IMG/VR virus record: IMGVR_UViG_3300027973_000030
Location: 32,001 to 96,000 of that record
Reading direction: 5' to 3' (one strand)
Length of the DNA: 64,000 nucleotides
Source of the DNA: a virus
In this document: piece after piece, positions 28,017-36,600 of the stretch
Position numbering within the stretch: position 1 is the stretch's first letter
Layout: each line of letters starts with the position of its first letter
The notes under the pieces: generated by a model
What the model saw: the letters and a program-made list of their open reading frames with translations, nothing else
What the model was told of the DNA's origin: nothing
Databases searched by the model: none
Translations under genes and position numbers: made by a program

Positions 28017-28838
28017 ATGCCAATAAAGACAGAGTTCAGAACTGAACAACTTATTAGACAAGCAGCTTTACCTACACATGGTAAAAGCTACACTGTTATT
28101 CCTCACGGTTACGTGATTGATGAAACTAAAAAAGAATTAGCTACTGCAGGATTTACAATTTCTAACGAGCTATACAAGACTAATTTAAATGGTGAAGTAG
28201 CACAAGGTGTCTATCATTTAAATTATGGTAATGATCCTGATATGGGTCTAATGTTTGCATGGTCTAACTCATACAACAAGATGATGAGATTTAAATGTGC
28301 AGTGGGTGCTCAAGTATTTGTATGTATGAATGGTATGGTATCGGGTGACATAGGTAGTTATGCCAGGAAACATACTGGTACAGCACTAGTTGATGTTACA
28401 CAAACTATTCAATATCAGATATCTAAAGCTAAAGAACACTATAATAACTTAATAGCTGATAAAGAAACATTTAAACAAATCACGCTAAGTAAGAAAGAGC
28501 AAGCTTCTATTATTGGTCAGCTATATGCAGATCAAGAAATACTTACTCTTTCTCAAGTAGGTATAGTTAAACATGAGTTAGATGCTCCAAGTCATAATTA
28601 TAATGCTCCTGTAGATTCTGCATGGACATTATATAATCACATTACTTTAGCTCTAAAAGATTCTCATCCAATGAGATATCTTGGAGATCATCAAAAAGTA
28701 CATACGTTCTTTCTAAACAATCTTGGATCTACTACTACAGTGAGTAATATAATTACTTCTCCTATCATAGATGATTTAGAAGAAGAAGCAGTATATGCAG
28801 ATATTGAAGAATCTATATTTGGAGTAACTTTTTTATAA
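28017..28838 (+). CDS. DUF932-like protein
   Basis: YTVIPH, NSYN...VFVCMNG, RKHTG and AWTLYN motifs. Confidence 0.75.
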   Translation: MPIKTEFRTEQLIRQAALPTHGKSYTVIPHGYVIDETKKELATAGFTISNELYKTNLNGEVAQGVYHLNYGNDPDMGLMFAWSNSYNKMMRFKCAVGAQVFVCMNGMVSGDIGSYARKHTGTALVDVTQTIQYQISKAKEHYNNLIADKETFKQITLSKKEQASIIGQLYADQEILTLSQVGIVKHELDAPSHNYNAPVDSAWTLYNHITLALKDSHPMRYLGDHQKVHTFFLNNLGSTTTVSNIITSPIIDDLEEEAVYADIEESIFGVTFL

Positions 28839-28843
28839 TTAAG

Positions 28844-28879
28844 ATGAGTGAGGGAGTGTAATACTTCCTCACTTATTTT
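28844..28879 (+). terminator. hairpin / likely terminator
   Basis: ATGAGTGAGGGAGT...ACTTCCTCACTTAT followed by TTT. Confidence 0.7.
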
Positions 28880-28890
28880 CAAGTTTACAT

Positions 28891-29226
28891 ATGTTAAATG
28901 AAAAATCTATAGGAAACTTATTTTCCTGTGTGCTTCAACACCTAAAATGTATAGAAATAAGACTAGAATATGCAAAAGCTGCTAGTACTCAAAAACAAAA
29001 ATACGCTCTGAGTAATGCAGCTCAAAAAGTAAAGGTGGCTATAGATCACTTATGTGGTTTACTACCTGACTCTAATCATATTTTAGAAGTAAAAAAAGAG
29101 TTAGACAAAGCTAACTTAGTATATGTAATGCTTCTCACTGAACAACTAATTAGTTTACCAGAAGAAGATTTAGAAGAAGTAATTGAATTAATAGAAACAC
29201 ATATTAATAATAAATACAAAGAATAA
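28891..29226 (+). CDS. hypothetical protein
   Basis: 111-aa helical ORF. Confidence 0.65.
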   Translation: MLNEKSIGNLFSCVLQHLKCIEIRLEYAKAASTQKQKYALSNAAQKVKVAIDHLCGLLPDSNHILEVKKELDKANLVYVMLLTEQLISLPEEDLEEVIELIETHINNKYKE

Positions 29227-29228
29227 TT

Positions 29229-29570
29229 ATGAAATGGTATAAACTAAATGAAGACCATACAGTGGAACTATTACCTGATGGTGTATACCCTCTACAAGGA
29301 GATTTAACAGGACCAACTAAACATGTTGGTAACACCTTTGTAGGTGAACAAAGAATATCTACAGTATTTCTACATTTTGATCACAGCTTAGATTTTGGAA
29401 TGAATACAAAATCTTCTAAACCAATATTATTTGAGTCTATGATCTTTGATGGTAGTAATGATGAATATCAGCGTAGATACTGTACATATGACGAAGCTTT
29501 AGAAGGACACAATAACTTAGTAAAAGCTTTAGAAGAAGAAAGACATCCTGACTTTTATTTTAATGATTAA
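29229..29570 (+). CDS. conserved phage hypothetical protein
   Basis: ISTVFL..DH, LFESMIF and RYCTYDEALEGH motif. Confidence 0.7.
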   Translation: MKWYKLNEDHTVELLPDGVYPLQGDLTGPTKHVGNTFVGEQRISTVFLHFDHSLDFGMNTKSSKPILFESMIFDGSNDEYQRRYCTYDEALEGHNNLVKALEEERHPDFYFND

Positions 29571-29573
29571 ACT

Positions 29574-29717
29574 ATGAACGAAACAATCAGCTTAGATATA
29601 GACTTAATATCAGAAGAACTATATCAATTATTATTACAAGAATTTTATAACCAACATCCTGAAATAGGAGACAGTTCTTTAGATAACTGGACTATTACAG
29701 CAGATGTAGAAAACTAA
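29574..29717 (+). CDS. small acidic hypothetical protein, not in ORF track
   Basis: MNETISLDIDLISEELYQLLLQEFYNQHPEIGDSSLDNWTITADVEN*. Confidence 0.6.
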   Translation: MNETISLDIDLISEELYQLLLQEFYNQHPEIGDSSLDNWTITADVEN

Positions 29718-29722
29718 ATAAC

Positions 29723-30433
29723 ATGATCATAGGAATTAACGGGTATTCCGGCAGTGGAAAAGACACTGTCGGTATTATCATACAATACTTATCTGTAAAT
29801 GATGACAACCAACCAACTACATCTTTAGAAGATGTATTAGAGTTTACAATAACACACGAGTGGTGGCTAGAAGAACAGTCTGGTTGGGAAATTAAAAAGT
29901 GGGCAGGTAAACTTAAAGAAATAGCTTCTACACTAACAGGTATAGCTAAGCATAAGTTTGAAGACCAAGAGTTTAAAAAAACTAACCTAAGTTCTGAATG
30001 GGATTGTAATCCTCCAGGTAAAGTAGGTACAATGCATAAACAACCTTTAACTGTAAGAGAATTCTTACAAAGATTAGGTACAGATGCATTAAGATATGGT
30101 CTACATGAAAACGCATGGGTTAATGCTCTTATGTCTGATTATACACCTACACAAGTACAATGGGCTCAAGGTCCTATTGGTGGTTATGAAGACGGTGATA
30201 TGCCTAACTGGATTATTACAGACACTAGATTTCCTAATGAAGCAGATGCTATCAGAGAAAAAGATGGTGTACTAATCCGTGTAGAAAGACCTGGCGTAAA
30301 ACCAATTAATGATCATCCTTCAGAAATAGGATTAGATCATTATAAGTTTGACCATGTTATTAAAAACAATGGTTCTATACAAGAGTTAGCAAATCAAGTT
30401 AAAAGTATACTACGTTTACACAAGATGTTATAA
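29723..30433 (+). CDS. deoxynucleoside monophosphate kinase
   Basis: IIGINGYSGSGKDT, REFLQRLGTD, IITDTRFPNE and HPSE motifs. Confidence 0.9.
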   Translation: MIIGINGYSGSGKDTVGIIIQYLSVNDDNQPTTSLEDVLEFTITHEWWLEEQSGWEIKKWAGKLKEIASTLTGIAKHKFEDQEFKKTNLSSEWDCNPPGKVGTMHKQPLTVREFLQRLGTDALRYGLHENAWVNALMSDYTPTQVQWAQGPIGGYEDGDMPNWIITDTRFPNEADAIREKDGVLIRVERPGVKPINDHPSEIGLDHYKFDHVIKNNGSIQELANQVKSILRLHKML

Positions 30434-30435
30434 TT

Positions 30436-31119
30436 ATGAAAATACTACACATCAGTGACACCCACGGGTTTCATAATGACTTCCCTAAAAATTATTTTGA
30501 TGGTATAGATATGGTCATACATAGTGGTGACTGTTCTAATAGTAATCTTCTACATCAATCAATTATTGAAATACAAAGTTTTCTTAACTGGTATGAAACT
30601 GTACCAGTTAAACATAAGATCTTTGTAGCAGGTAATCATGATACAGCAATTGCTAGAAGAGCTATAGCACCTGAAGATATCAGGCTTAGAGGTATTACAT
30701 ACTTAGAAAATGAATCTGTAGATATAGAAGGACTAAAGATATGGGGCTCCCCTATTACACCAACCTTTGGTGATTGGTCCTTTATGAAAGCTAGAGATAA
30801 AACCTTTACTGTATGGGACAAAATACCTGTAGGTACAGATGTCATCGTAGTACATGGACCACCAAAAGGTATACGAGATCTTTCGTTGGATAGACAGAAC
30901 AACTTAGAAATGTGTGGTGATAAGTCATTAGGTAAAAGAATTAAGATAATTAACCCACAACTAGTATGCTTTGGTCATATCCATAACTGTAAAGAGATCA
31001 TAAACCAAGGAGTATCAACTTATTATGGTACTCGTACTGTATTCTCTAACGGTGCTTGTGTAGATGATGGAAGATTTGACCGTGGTCTTACATCTTTTGG
31101 TAATATAATAGAACTTTAA
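30436..31119 (+). CDS. calcineurin-like metallophosphoesterase
   Basis: SDTH, HSGD, AGNHD, VHGPP and FGHIH motifs. Confidence 0.92.
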   Translation: MKILHISDTHGFHNDFPKNYFDGIDMVIHSGDCSNSNLLHQSIIEIQSFLNWYETVPVKHKIFVAGNHDTAIARRAIAPEDIRLRGITYLENESVDIEGLKIWGSPITPTFGDWSFMKARDKTFTVWDKIPVGTDVIVVHGPPKGIRDLSLDRQNNLEMCGDKSLGKRIKIINPQLVCFGHIHNCKEIINQGVSTYYGTRTVFSNGACVDDGRFDRGLTSFGNIIEL

Positions 31120-31146
31120 TAACTTTAATTTTTAAATCAATGACGT

Positions 31147-31374
31147 ATGAAAGATTGTTGCGTATCTTGCGGTGTAGAAACTGCATACGATGAATCAACT
31201 CATGTAGACATGAGAAACGGTTATATAGATGGATTAGGTCAATTATGTTCAAGCTGCTACCTTTATGGTAGTAACCGCAGACATATCCTAGTATCTGAAG
31301 CTACAATTATAAACACTCCTAATGACAATGAGTTAGGTAGTAAGGTAAGAAAAATATATCATGAAGCGAAATGA
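31147..31374 (+). CDS. small Zn-finger protein
   Basis: CVSCG...GQLCSSC. Confidence 0.7.
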   Translation: MKDCCVSCGVETAYDESTHVDMRNGYIDGLGQLCSSCYLYGSNRRHILVSEATIINTPNDNELGSKVRKIYHEAK

Positions 31375-31615
31375 TAACTTGATACAAATTATTATAGACC
31401 AAATGTTTATTATAGCCGGCCATAACGTTAGCTATAATGATATTATTGGTAGAAAAGATGACTGGTATTGTCAATGGACAATGACAGATGACCAACGTAA
31501 AGAATGGATAGACTGGGGCGTAACGTACATCCGTAAGAAAAAACGTTGGAGTAAAAAGTTAGCCGAAAGAGAAATGGCTTTCTTAGATTTATATTGTGGA
31601 CTTAAAAATGTTTAA
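31361..31615 (+). CDS. hypothetical Trp-rich protein
   Basis: 84-aa ORF. Confidence 0.65.
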   Translation: MKRNDNLIQIIIDQMFIIAGHNVSYNDIIGRKDDWYCQWTMTDDQRKEWIDWGVTYIRKKKRWSKKLAEREMAFLDLYCGLKNV

Positions 31616-31616
31616 A

Positions 31617-31886
31617 ATGAAAAAATATATAACAGCAGCATTAAGCTTAGGTACAATTACTTTATTGTTCTACACTATGTTTGATTTAAAAGAACAAGTA
31701 AAACAAGTGGACATTCTACAAAAACAATTAGATAGTGTTACAATATTAAAAGACAGCTTATATGATGTAAGTTTTGGAGCTCAAGTAGAAAATGGTAGAT
31801 ACCAAATGTCTCTAGAGCATTTAAAGACAGTTAATCCTAAAGCAGCTGATGAATTTGAAAACTTCTACGGTCATGAAACAGAGTAA
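31617..31886 (+). CDS. N-terminal TM coiled-coil protein
   Basis: MKKYITAALSLGTITLLFY...; ATG at 31617 preferred. Confidence 0.65.
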   Translation: MKKYITAALSLGTITLLFYTMFDLKEQVKQVDILQKQLDSVTILKDSLYDVSFGAQVENGRYQMSLEHLKTVNPKAADEFENFYGHETE

Positions 31887-31977
31887 ATGGAAATGGGATG
31901 TAATCTTTGTGTGGTTTATTATAGCTGCTACAAGTTTTACGCTCTGGTATAATATTATAAACTGGATAAAGAATTAA
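31873..31977 (+). CDS. small membrane peptide, not in ORF track
   Basis: MKQSKWKWDVIFVWFIIAATSFTLWYNIINWIKN*. Confidence 0.5.
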   Translation: MKQSKWKWDVIFVWFIIAATSFTLWYNIINWIKN

Positions 31978-31978
31978 C

Positions 31979-32260
31979 ATGAAACTATATACAGAAGAAC
32001 AAGTGTTAAATACTGTAAACGCTATACAAAGTTATATTGAAAAATTTGGTATTGATGGTGCACAACCTACAATCAAAAATCATTTAAAGATGCTTGCACC
32101 AATAGAACTACCAAGTGATGAGGATATAAAATCATATTCTGATAGATATTCAACAATGCATGAAGATGTGTCTGATAAACTAGGTCAATACCTTGTATCC
32201 GCTATTCATATAGATGGTGCTAAATGGATAAAAGAACAAATCATTAACCAAAACAAATAA
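31979..32260 (+). CDS. hypothetical protein ending in repeat-encoded NQNK
   Basis: MKLYTEEQV...PIELPSDEDI...GAKWIKEQIINQNK. Confidence 0.75.
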   Translation: MKLYTEEQVLNTVNAIQSYIEKFGIDGAQPTIKNHLKMLAPIELPSDEDIKSYSDRYSTMHEDVSDKLGQYLVSAIHIDGAKWIKEQIINQNK

Positions 32261-32263
32261 CCT

Positions 32264-32365
32264 ATGAAGAAATTATTATGTAAAATATTTGGTCATAAAT
32301 TAATACCATACCAAAATACAAATCGTATTCATTTTTGTAAAAGATGTGGATACATAAAATTATAA
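32264..32365 (+). CDS. micro-protein, DUF1660-like Zn-binding peptide
   Basis: MKKLLCKIFGHKLIPYQNTNRIHFCKRCGYIKL*; start and stop are both supplied by the repeats. Confidence 0.7.
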   Translation: MKKLLCKIFGHKLIPYQNTNRIHFCKRCGYIKL

Positions 32366-32381
32366 CCAAAACAAATAACCT

Positions 32382-32468
32382 ATGTCAGCAATACCATTAA
32401 TAATATTTTTTATAATAGCAATAATAATTGGCTTAAAAGTTGATGATGAAAAAAGAAAAAAATACTAA
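32382..32468 (+). CDS. micro membrane peptide
   Basis: MSAIPLIIFFIIAIIIGLKVDDEKRKKY*. Confidence 0.6.
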   Translation: MSAIPLIIFFIIAIIIGLKVDDEKRKKY

Positions 32469-32484
32469 CCAAAACAAATAACCT

Positions 32485-32619
32485 ATGAATGAGTTAGTAT
32501 GGTATCCAAAATCAGTAACATTTATTGTTAATGGTAAAAAATATGAAGGATATAAAACACCAATGAATTATTTAATAGCTTGTATTATATGGATTAATTT
32601 ACATAACCAAAACAAATAA
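32485..32619 (+). CDS. micro-protein ending in NQNK
   Basis: MNELVWYPKSVTFIVNGKKYEGYKTPMNYLIACIIWINLHNQNK*. Confidence 0.6.
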   Translation: MNELVWYPKSVTFIVNGKKYEGYKTPMNYLIACIIWINLHNQNK

Positions 32620-32622
32620 ATT

Positions 32623-33033
32623 ATGAAAGTAAGCTTTGATTTTGACGGTACGCTAGAGTTTCAAGATGTTCAAGATTATGCATCTGAACTTATAAAACAA
32701 GGCGTAGAAGTATGGGTAGTCACCACAAGGTGGGATGAAAACCATAAACATAAGTATCCTATGAACGCTACACTAGATGATCTATGGGAAGTAGTAGATA
32801 GATTAGGTATACCTAGACATAGAGTAAGATTTACTTGTATGGAATGGAAAGCCACTTATCTAAAAGGGACCAAGTTTATGTGGCACCTAGATGACAATGC
32901 TAGAGAATTTACAGAATGTAAAAGAACAGAAGGTTGTGCTGTACCTATGATTGATGTAATGGGTAATAACTGGAAAGAAAAATGTGAAAGACTACTACTA
33001 GAAGCTAATAAAATAGAGGAAAATAAAGACTAA
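32623..33033 (+). CDS. HAD-superfamily phosphatase
   Basis: SFDFDGTL, VVTTR, K and HLDDN motifs. Confidence 0.85.
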   Translation: MKVSFDFDGTLEFQDVQDYASELIKQGVEVWVVTTRWDENHKHKYPMNATLDDLWEVVDRLGIPRHRVRFTCMEWKATYLKGTKFMWHLDDNAREFTECKRTEGCAVPMIDVMGNNWKEKCERLLLEANKIEENKD

Positions 33034-33036
33034 TTT

Positions 33037-33483
33037 ATGAAAAAAGCGTTATATTTGGATGATGTAAGGACACCTACAGATACTATTCCAGGTTATGAAC
33101 CTTGGAATGTAGTAAGGAACTACGAAGAGTTTACTAGTTGGATACTAGTTAATGGTATACCAGACTTAATCAGCTTTGACCATGACCTAGCTACAGAGCA
33201 CGTAGAGGACTATTACAGACAGGTAGCTTCTCAGGGGTATCAACACCCAGATTATGATCAATATGAGGAGAAAACAGGTCTAGATTGTGCTAAATGGTTA
33301 GTAGAACTTGTACAAGCTAATCCAGATATGGTAATTAAGTCTTGTTCTATACATAGTCATAATCCTGTAGGAGCTAATAACATCCACGGATTAATTAACG
33401 GATTTAAAAAACACATGGGATGGCCCGAAGATTGTTATATTGGAAAGCACCCTTTTAAAGTGGAAACAACAAAAATAGAATAA
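33037..33483 (+). CDS. cyclic-phosphate-processing receiver-like domain protein
   Basis: LYLDDVR, ISFDHDL, KTGLDCAKWL and HSHNPVG motifs. Confidence 0.8.
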   Translation: MKKALYLDDVRTPTDTIPGYEPWNVVRNYEEFTSWILVNGIPDLISFDHDLATEHVEDYYRQVASQGYQHPDYDQYEEKTGLDCAKWLVELVQANPDMVIKSCSIHSHNPVGANNIHGLINGFKKHMGWPEDCYIGKHPFKVETTKIE

Positions 33484-33486
33484 TAT

Positions 33487-33654
33487 ATGAAAAAGTACGG
33501 AGTAGAAGTTCACTTGTTTAGTCCATCAAGAGTTTGTCTTGGTATAGACTTTATAGAAGGTGTGATACATGAAAAACATGGAGACAGTAACTATAAAGAA
33601 TTAGTCATAGGTTTCTTATTTTTTTATATAGAAATAACCGTAAGACAAAAGTAA
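33487..33654 (+). CDS. small hypothetical protein, not in ORF track
   Basis: MKKYGVEVHLFSPSRVCLGIDFIEG...LVIGFLFFYIEITVRQK*. Confidence 0.6.
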   Translation: MKKYGVEVHLFSPSRVCLGIDFIEGVIHEKHGDSNYKELVIGFLFFYIEITVRQK

Positions 33655-33657
33655 AAC

Positions 33658-33688
33658 AAAAGGAGAGACTAACAATCTCTCCTTTTTT
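33658..33688. terminator. bidirectional terminator between convergent blocks
   Basis: AAAAGGAGAGA-CTAACAA-TCTCTCCTTTTTT with A and T tracts on either side. Confidence 0.85.
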
Positions 33689-33695
33689 ATTATAT

Positions 33696-36600
33696 CTATC
33701 TGATGTAGAAACTCTTAACGTTATCAAATGCTTCCCATCTATTTAGCATACCTAAAGCTGGAACTACATCTTTTAATTCTTTCCAAGCTTTCAGGTCTCC
33801 TTTATGTGTACCACGCTCATAATAATTTTTATCATATGGTGGGAACGGTATAGAAGCAGCACTTGCTAGCACTTCACCGTAATCACGTAATGTAGTTAAA
33901 GCAGCTAATGGATTCTTAGCCATTTGATATTGTTGTGAAGTACCTAATACAGGAATAAAAGTTAATATCTCTTGTTGTTGACGTGTCTGTTGATAGATCA
34001 TAAAGTTAAGAAGACGTTTTACTTCTTTGTCATCATCATCTAAACCAGAAGCTAGCATCTTAAACAAGTAAGCCATTGCTACAGAAGCCATAAAGAACCC
34101 AAGTTCTGCTATGTTCTTATACATATTTCTTACTTCCATCTCTGACATGTTCTTATATGTCTTAGATCCCGGTACAAGTATACCAAGTAAACCACCAGTC
34201 TTAGCTAAGAAACCTTGTTCAGTTTGATAGACATGTTTCATTACATTCCAAAATGTTCTATAACGACCTTCTATCTCACCTAAGTTTTCATTATCATATC
34301 TCTTAACAAATCTAGCTCTAAACATAGGATACACCCACTTGTGGAACTGTGCTCCTAATTCACCTAACCAATGAGATTGTATAACCATACGATCTTCCCA
34401 GGCGTAGTTACCATGTATCTGTTTATTAACTTCATATACATAGTTAGTAACTTTAGTACGTAAAGCTTCGTCTATTTCAAATCCTGGTTTTAAAGTTAAC
34501 TCACCTGTATTCTCATCAAAGTTTAATGCATCAAAGATGCTCATCTTTTCACCTGTATTTTTATTAGTAAGCTCAAACTTACTACTCATAGTAACAGCTA
34601 TACCAGTTTTAGATTGAACGTTAAATTCACCACCTTCCTGGAATATGTAAGCTAGTTCTAAAGAGTTAACTTTACCTGAGTTTTCTTGATACTTACGTAC
34701 CATTCTAAAGTATTTAACTACTGCTTCATATTTAGAATTAGGTTTATGTAAGTCATAAACTCCATCTTTAGAACCCATACCTTTCATTAAACCCGGCATA
34801 TAGTCTTTATTATATTCACCAGTAGCTCTAAAATATGCAGGACGGTCAAAATAAACTCCTCCATATGCTTCTATAGCATTGTTTATTCTACCCATCACAT
34901 AGTTATTAACGGCACCAAAAACGTTAAAACCTATACCTTTTAATGATGTTATGTTTTGTAGTTTAGCAGACACTTGTGCAAATGTGCTATAGTCATACTC
35001 ATCATTATTATAATACACCATCTTAAACCATTTCTTAAGACGTTGGTTAGCTAAAGAATCACCTTCTTTTTTGTATACAGATTCACCATCTGTACCTTTC
35101 TTAGTGAATTTCTCTTCTATACTATTTGCTGCAAAATACTTTTTCTTCTCTACTGTTTTAGCTATAGCCAATAAAGAGCTTTCAATATCAGACATTTGCT
35201 CAAACTTCTCTGCCATCATTCTGAAAGCAATTAAGTTTTCTACTAGGTCTGTATTAATATCATTAAAATTAATCTTACCATTTTCAATAGCTAAAGATAA
35301 TTCTAACTTTTTAAGTTCTTGCTCATACACATTATTACTAATACTCTTTTCAAGTACATATGCGTTCTTAAGCTCAGTTATCTTTTCGTTTATTGCGTTT
35401 ATACGAGCTTCATTACGAGGATCGTTAGTATATAAAATAGGTAAATTATCTACAGGAACACCTTCATCATCAGTAAGTCTCTGTGTAGAATGCACTCTTC
35501 CAGATACATCAAACCAACTTCTTACAGATTTTGCTATAGCACCTAATGTAGAAGCACCATTTCTTTTAGCAGCATTAATGTAGTTATCTTTAACTCTAGC
35601 CACCTTACCTAACATCTTTTGTTGAATATCAATAGGAAGCATCTCAAGCGTAGCTCTCATCTCTTTATTAAACACTTCAAAGAACTCTTTCTGAGCACGT
35701 TCTACTTCTGTAGTAGGATTCATTAGTTTTACATAACGCTCATCACGCATCTCTTTACCAGCTAAAGTAGTTTCTCTAATCTCAATATACTTAGCTTTAA
35801 CAAAATATCCAGTTTTTAATTCTGTACGTCCTTTATATACACCGTTCTTTTCAAATACGGCACCCATATATTCTACACGATCATAATGTTTATCTCTAAA
35901 CTTTCTATAGGCTTCATCAGATACTGTAGATTTCTTAACCCAAGATAGAATACCACGCTTAGCAGAAGGACCATGGGGCACCTCATATAAAGCACGCTCA
36001 TTAATAAAGTCACTAGAGTATTTATGATGCTCACCACTAATTATATTATTATTGTCATCTAGCTGTTCAGCTTGTCTGAACTGTCTCACTTTATCTTTAC
36101 GTCTTTGAAGTTCTATATTATATAATACATCTTCACCTTTTGCGTCTTCAAGATTTTCAATAGGGATATAAGTCATCTTTTCACCCTTATCATCTCTAAC
36201 AAGAGCAAATATATCCTTCTTAAGATCATAATACTTTTGACCTATAACCTGTAAGTATCTTCCACTAAAGTTACCATCTTTATCATAGTTTAACATAAAA
36301 GAGAAATCAATCTTCTTTACACCAAACGCTGCAGCTAACTTATTACCTGCTGTTTTAATCTTACGCACAAACTCATCTGTACGATTCATAGCTTTTTGAC
36401 TAGCTTCTGTATATAGATTTGCTGCTATAGCTAAAAGTCTTTCTTTACTATTCTGAAGATCTCCTAAAGCATATTGATCTAAACTAATATCAAAACCTTC
36501 TTTAAGAATCTTTGTAATCTCTTCCTCAGTTAATGTACCATTAGACTTTTTAGCAATCAAGTCTTTCATGTATGATTCTAAAGCAGGATTTATCTGATCT

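Larger units (their letters stand above)
32245..32625 (+). repeat. 4 copies of 22-bp direct repeat TAACCAAAACAAATAACCTATG at gene junctions
   Basis: Copies at 32245-66, 32363-84 and 32466-87 are identical; 32604-25 has 2 mismatches (...TAAATTATG). Confidence 0.95.

Noticed and set aside
32245-32625. Mini-CRISPR array
   Set aside because: The spacers are 81-116 nt, unequal and protein-coding; the repeat is non-palindromic and there are no cas genes
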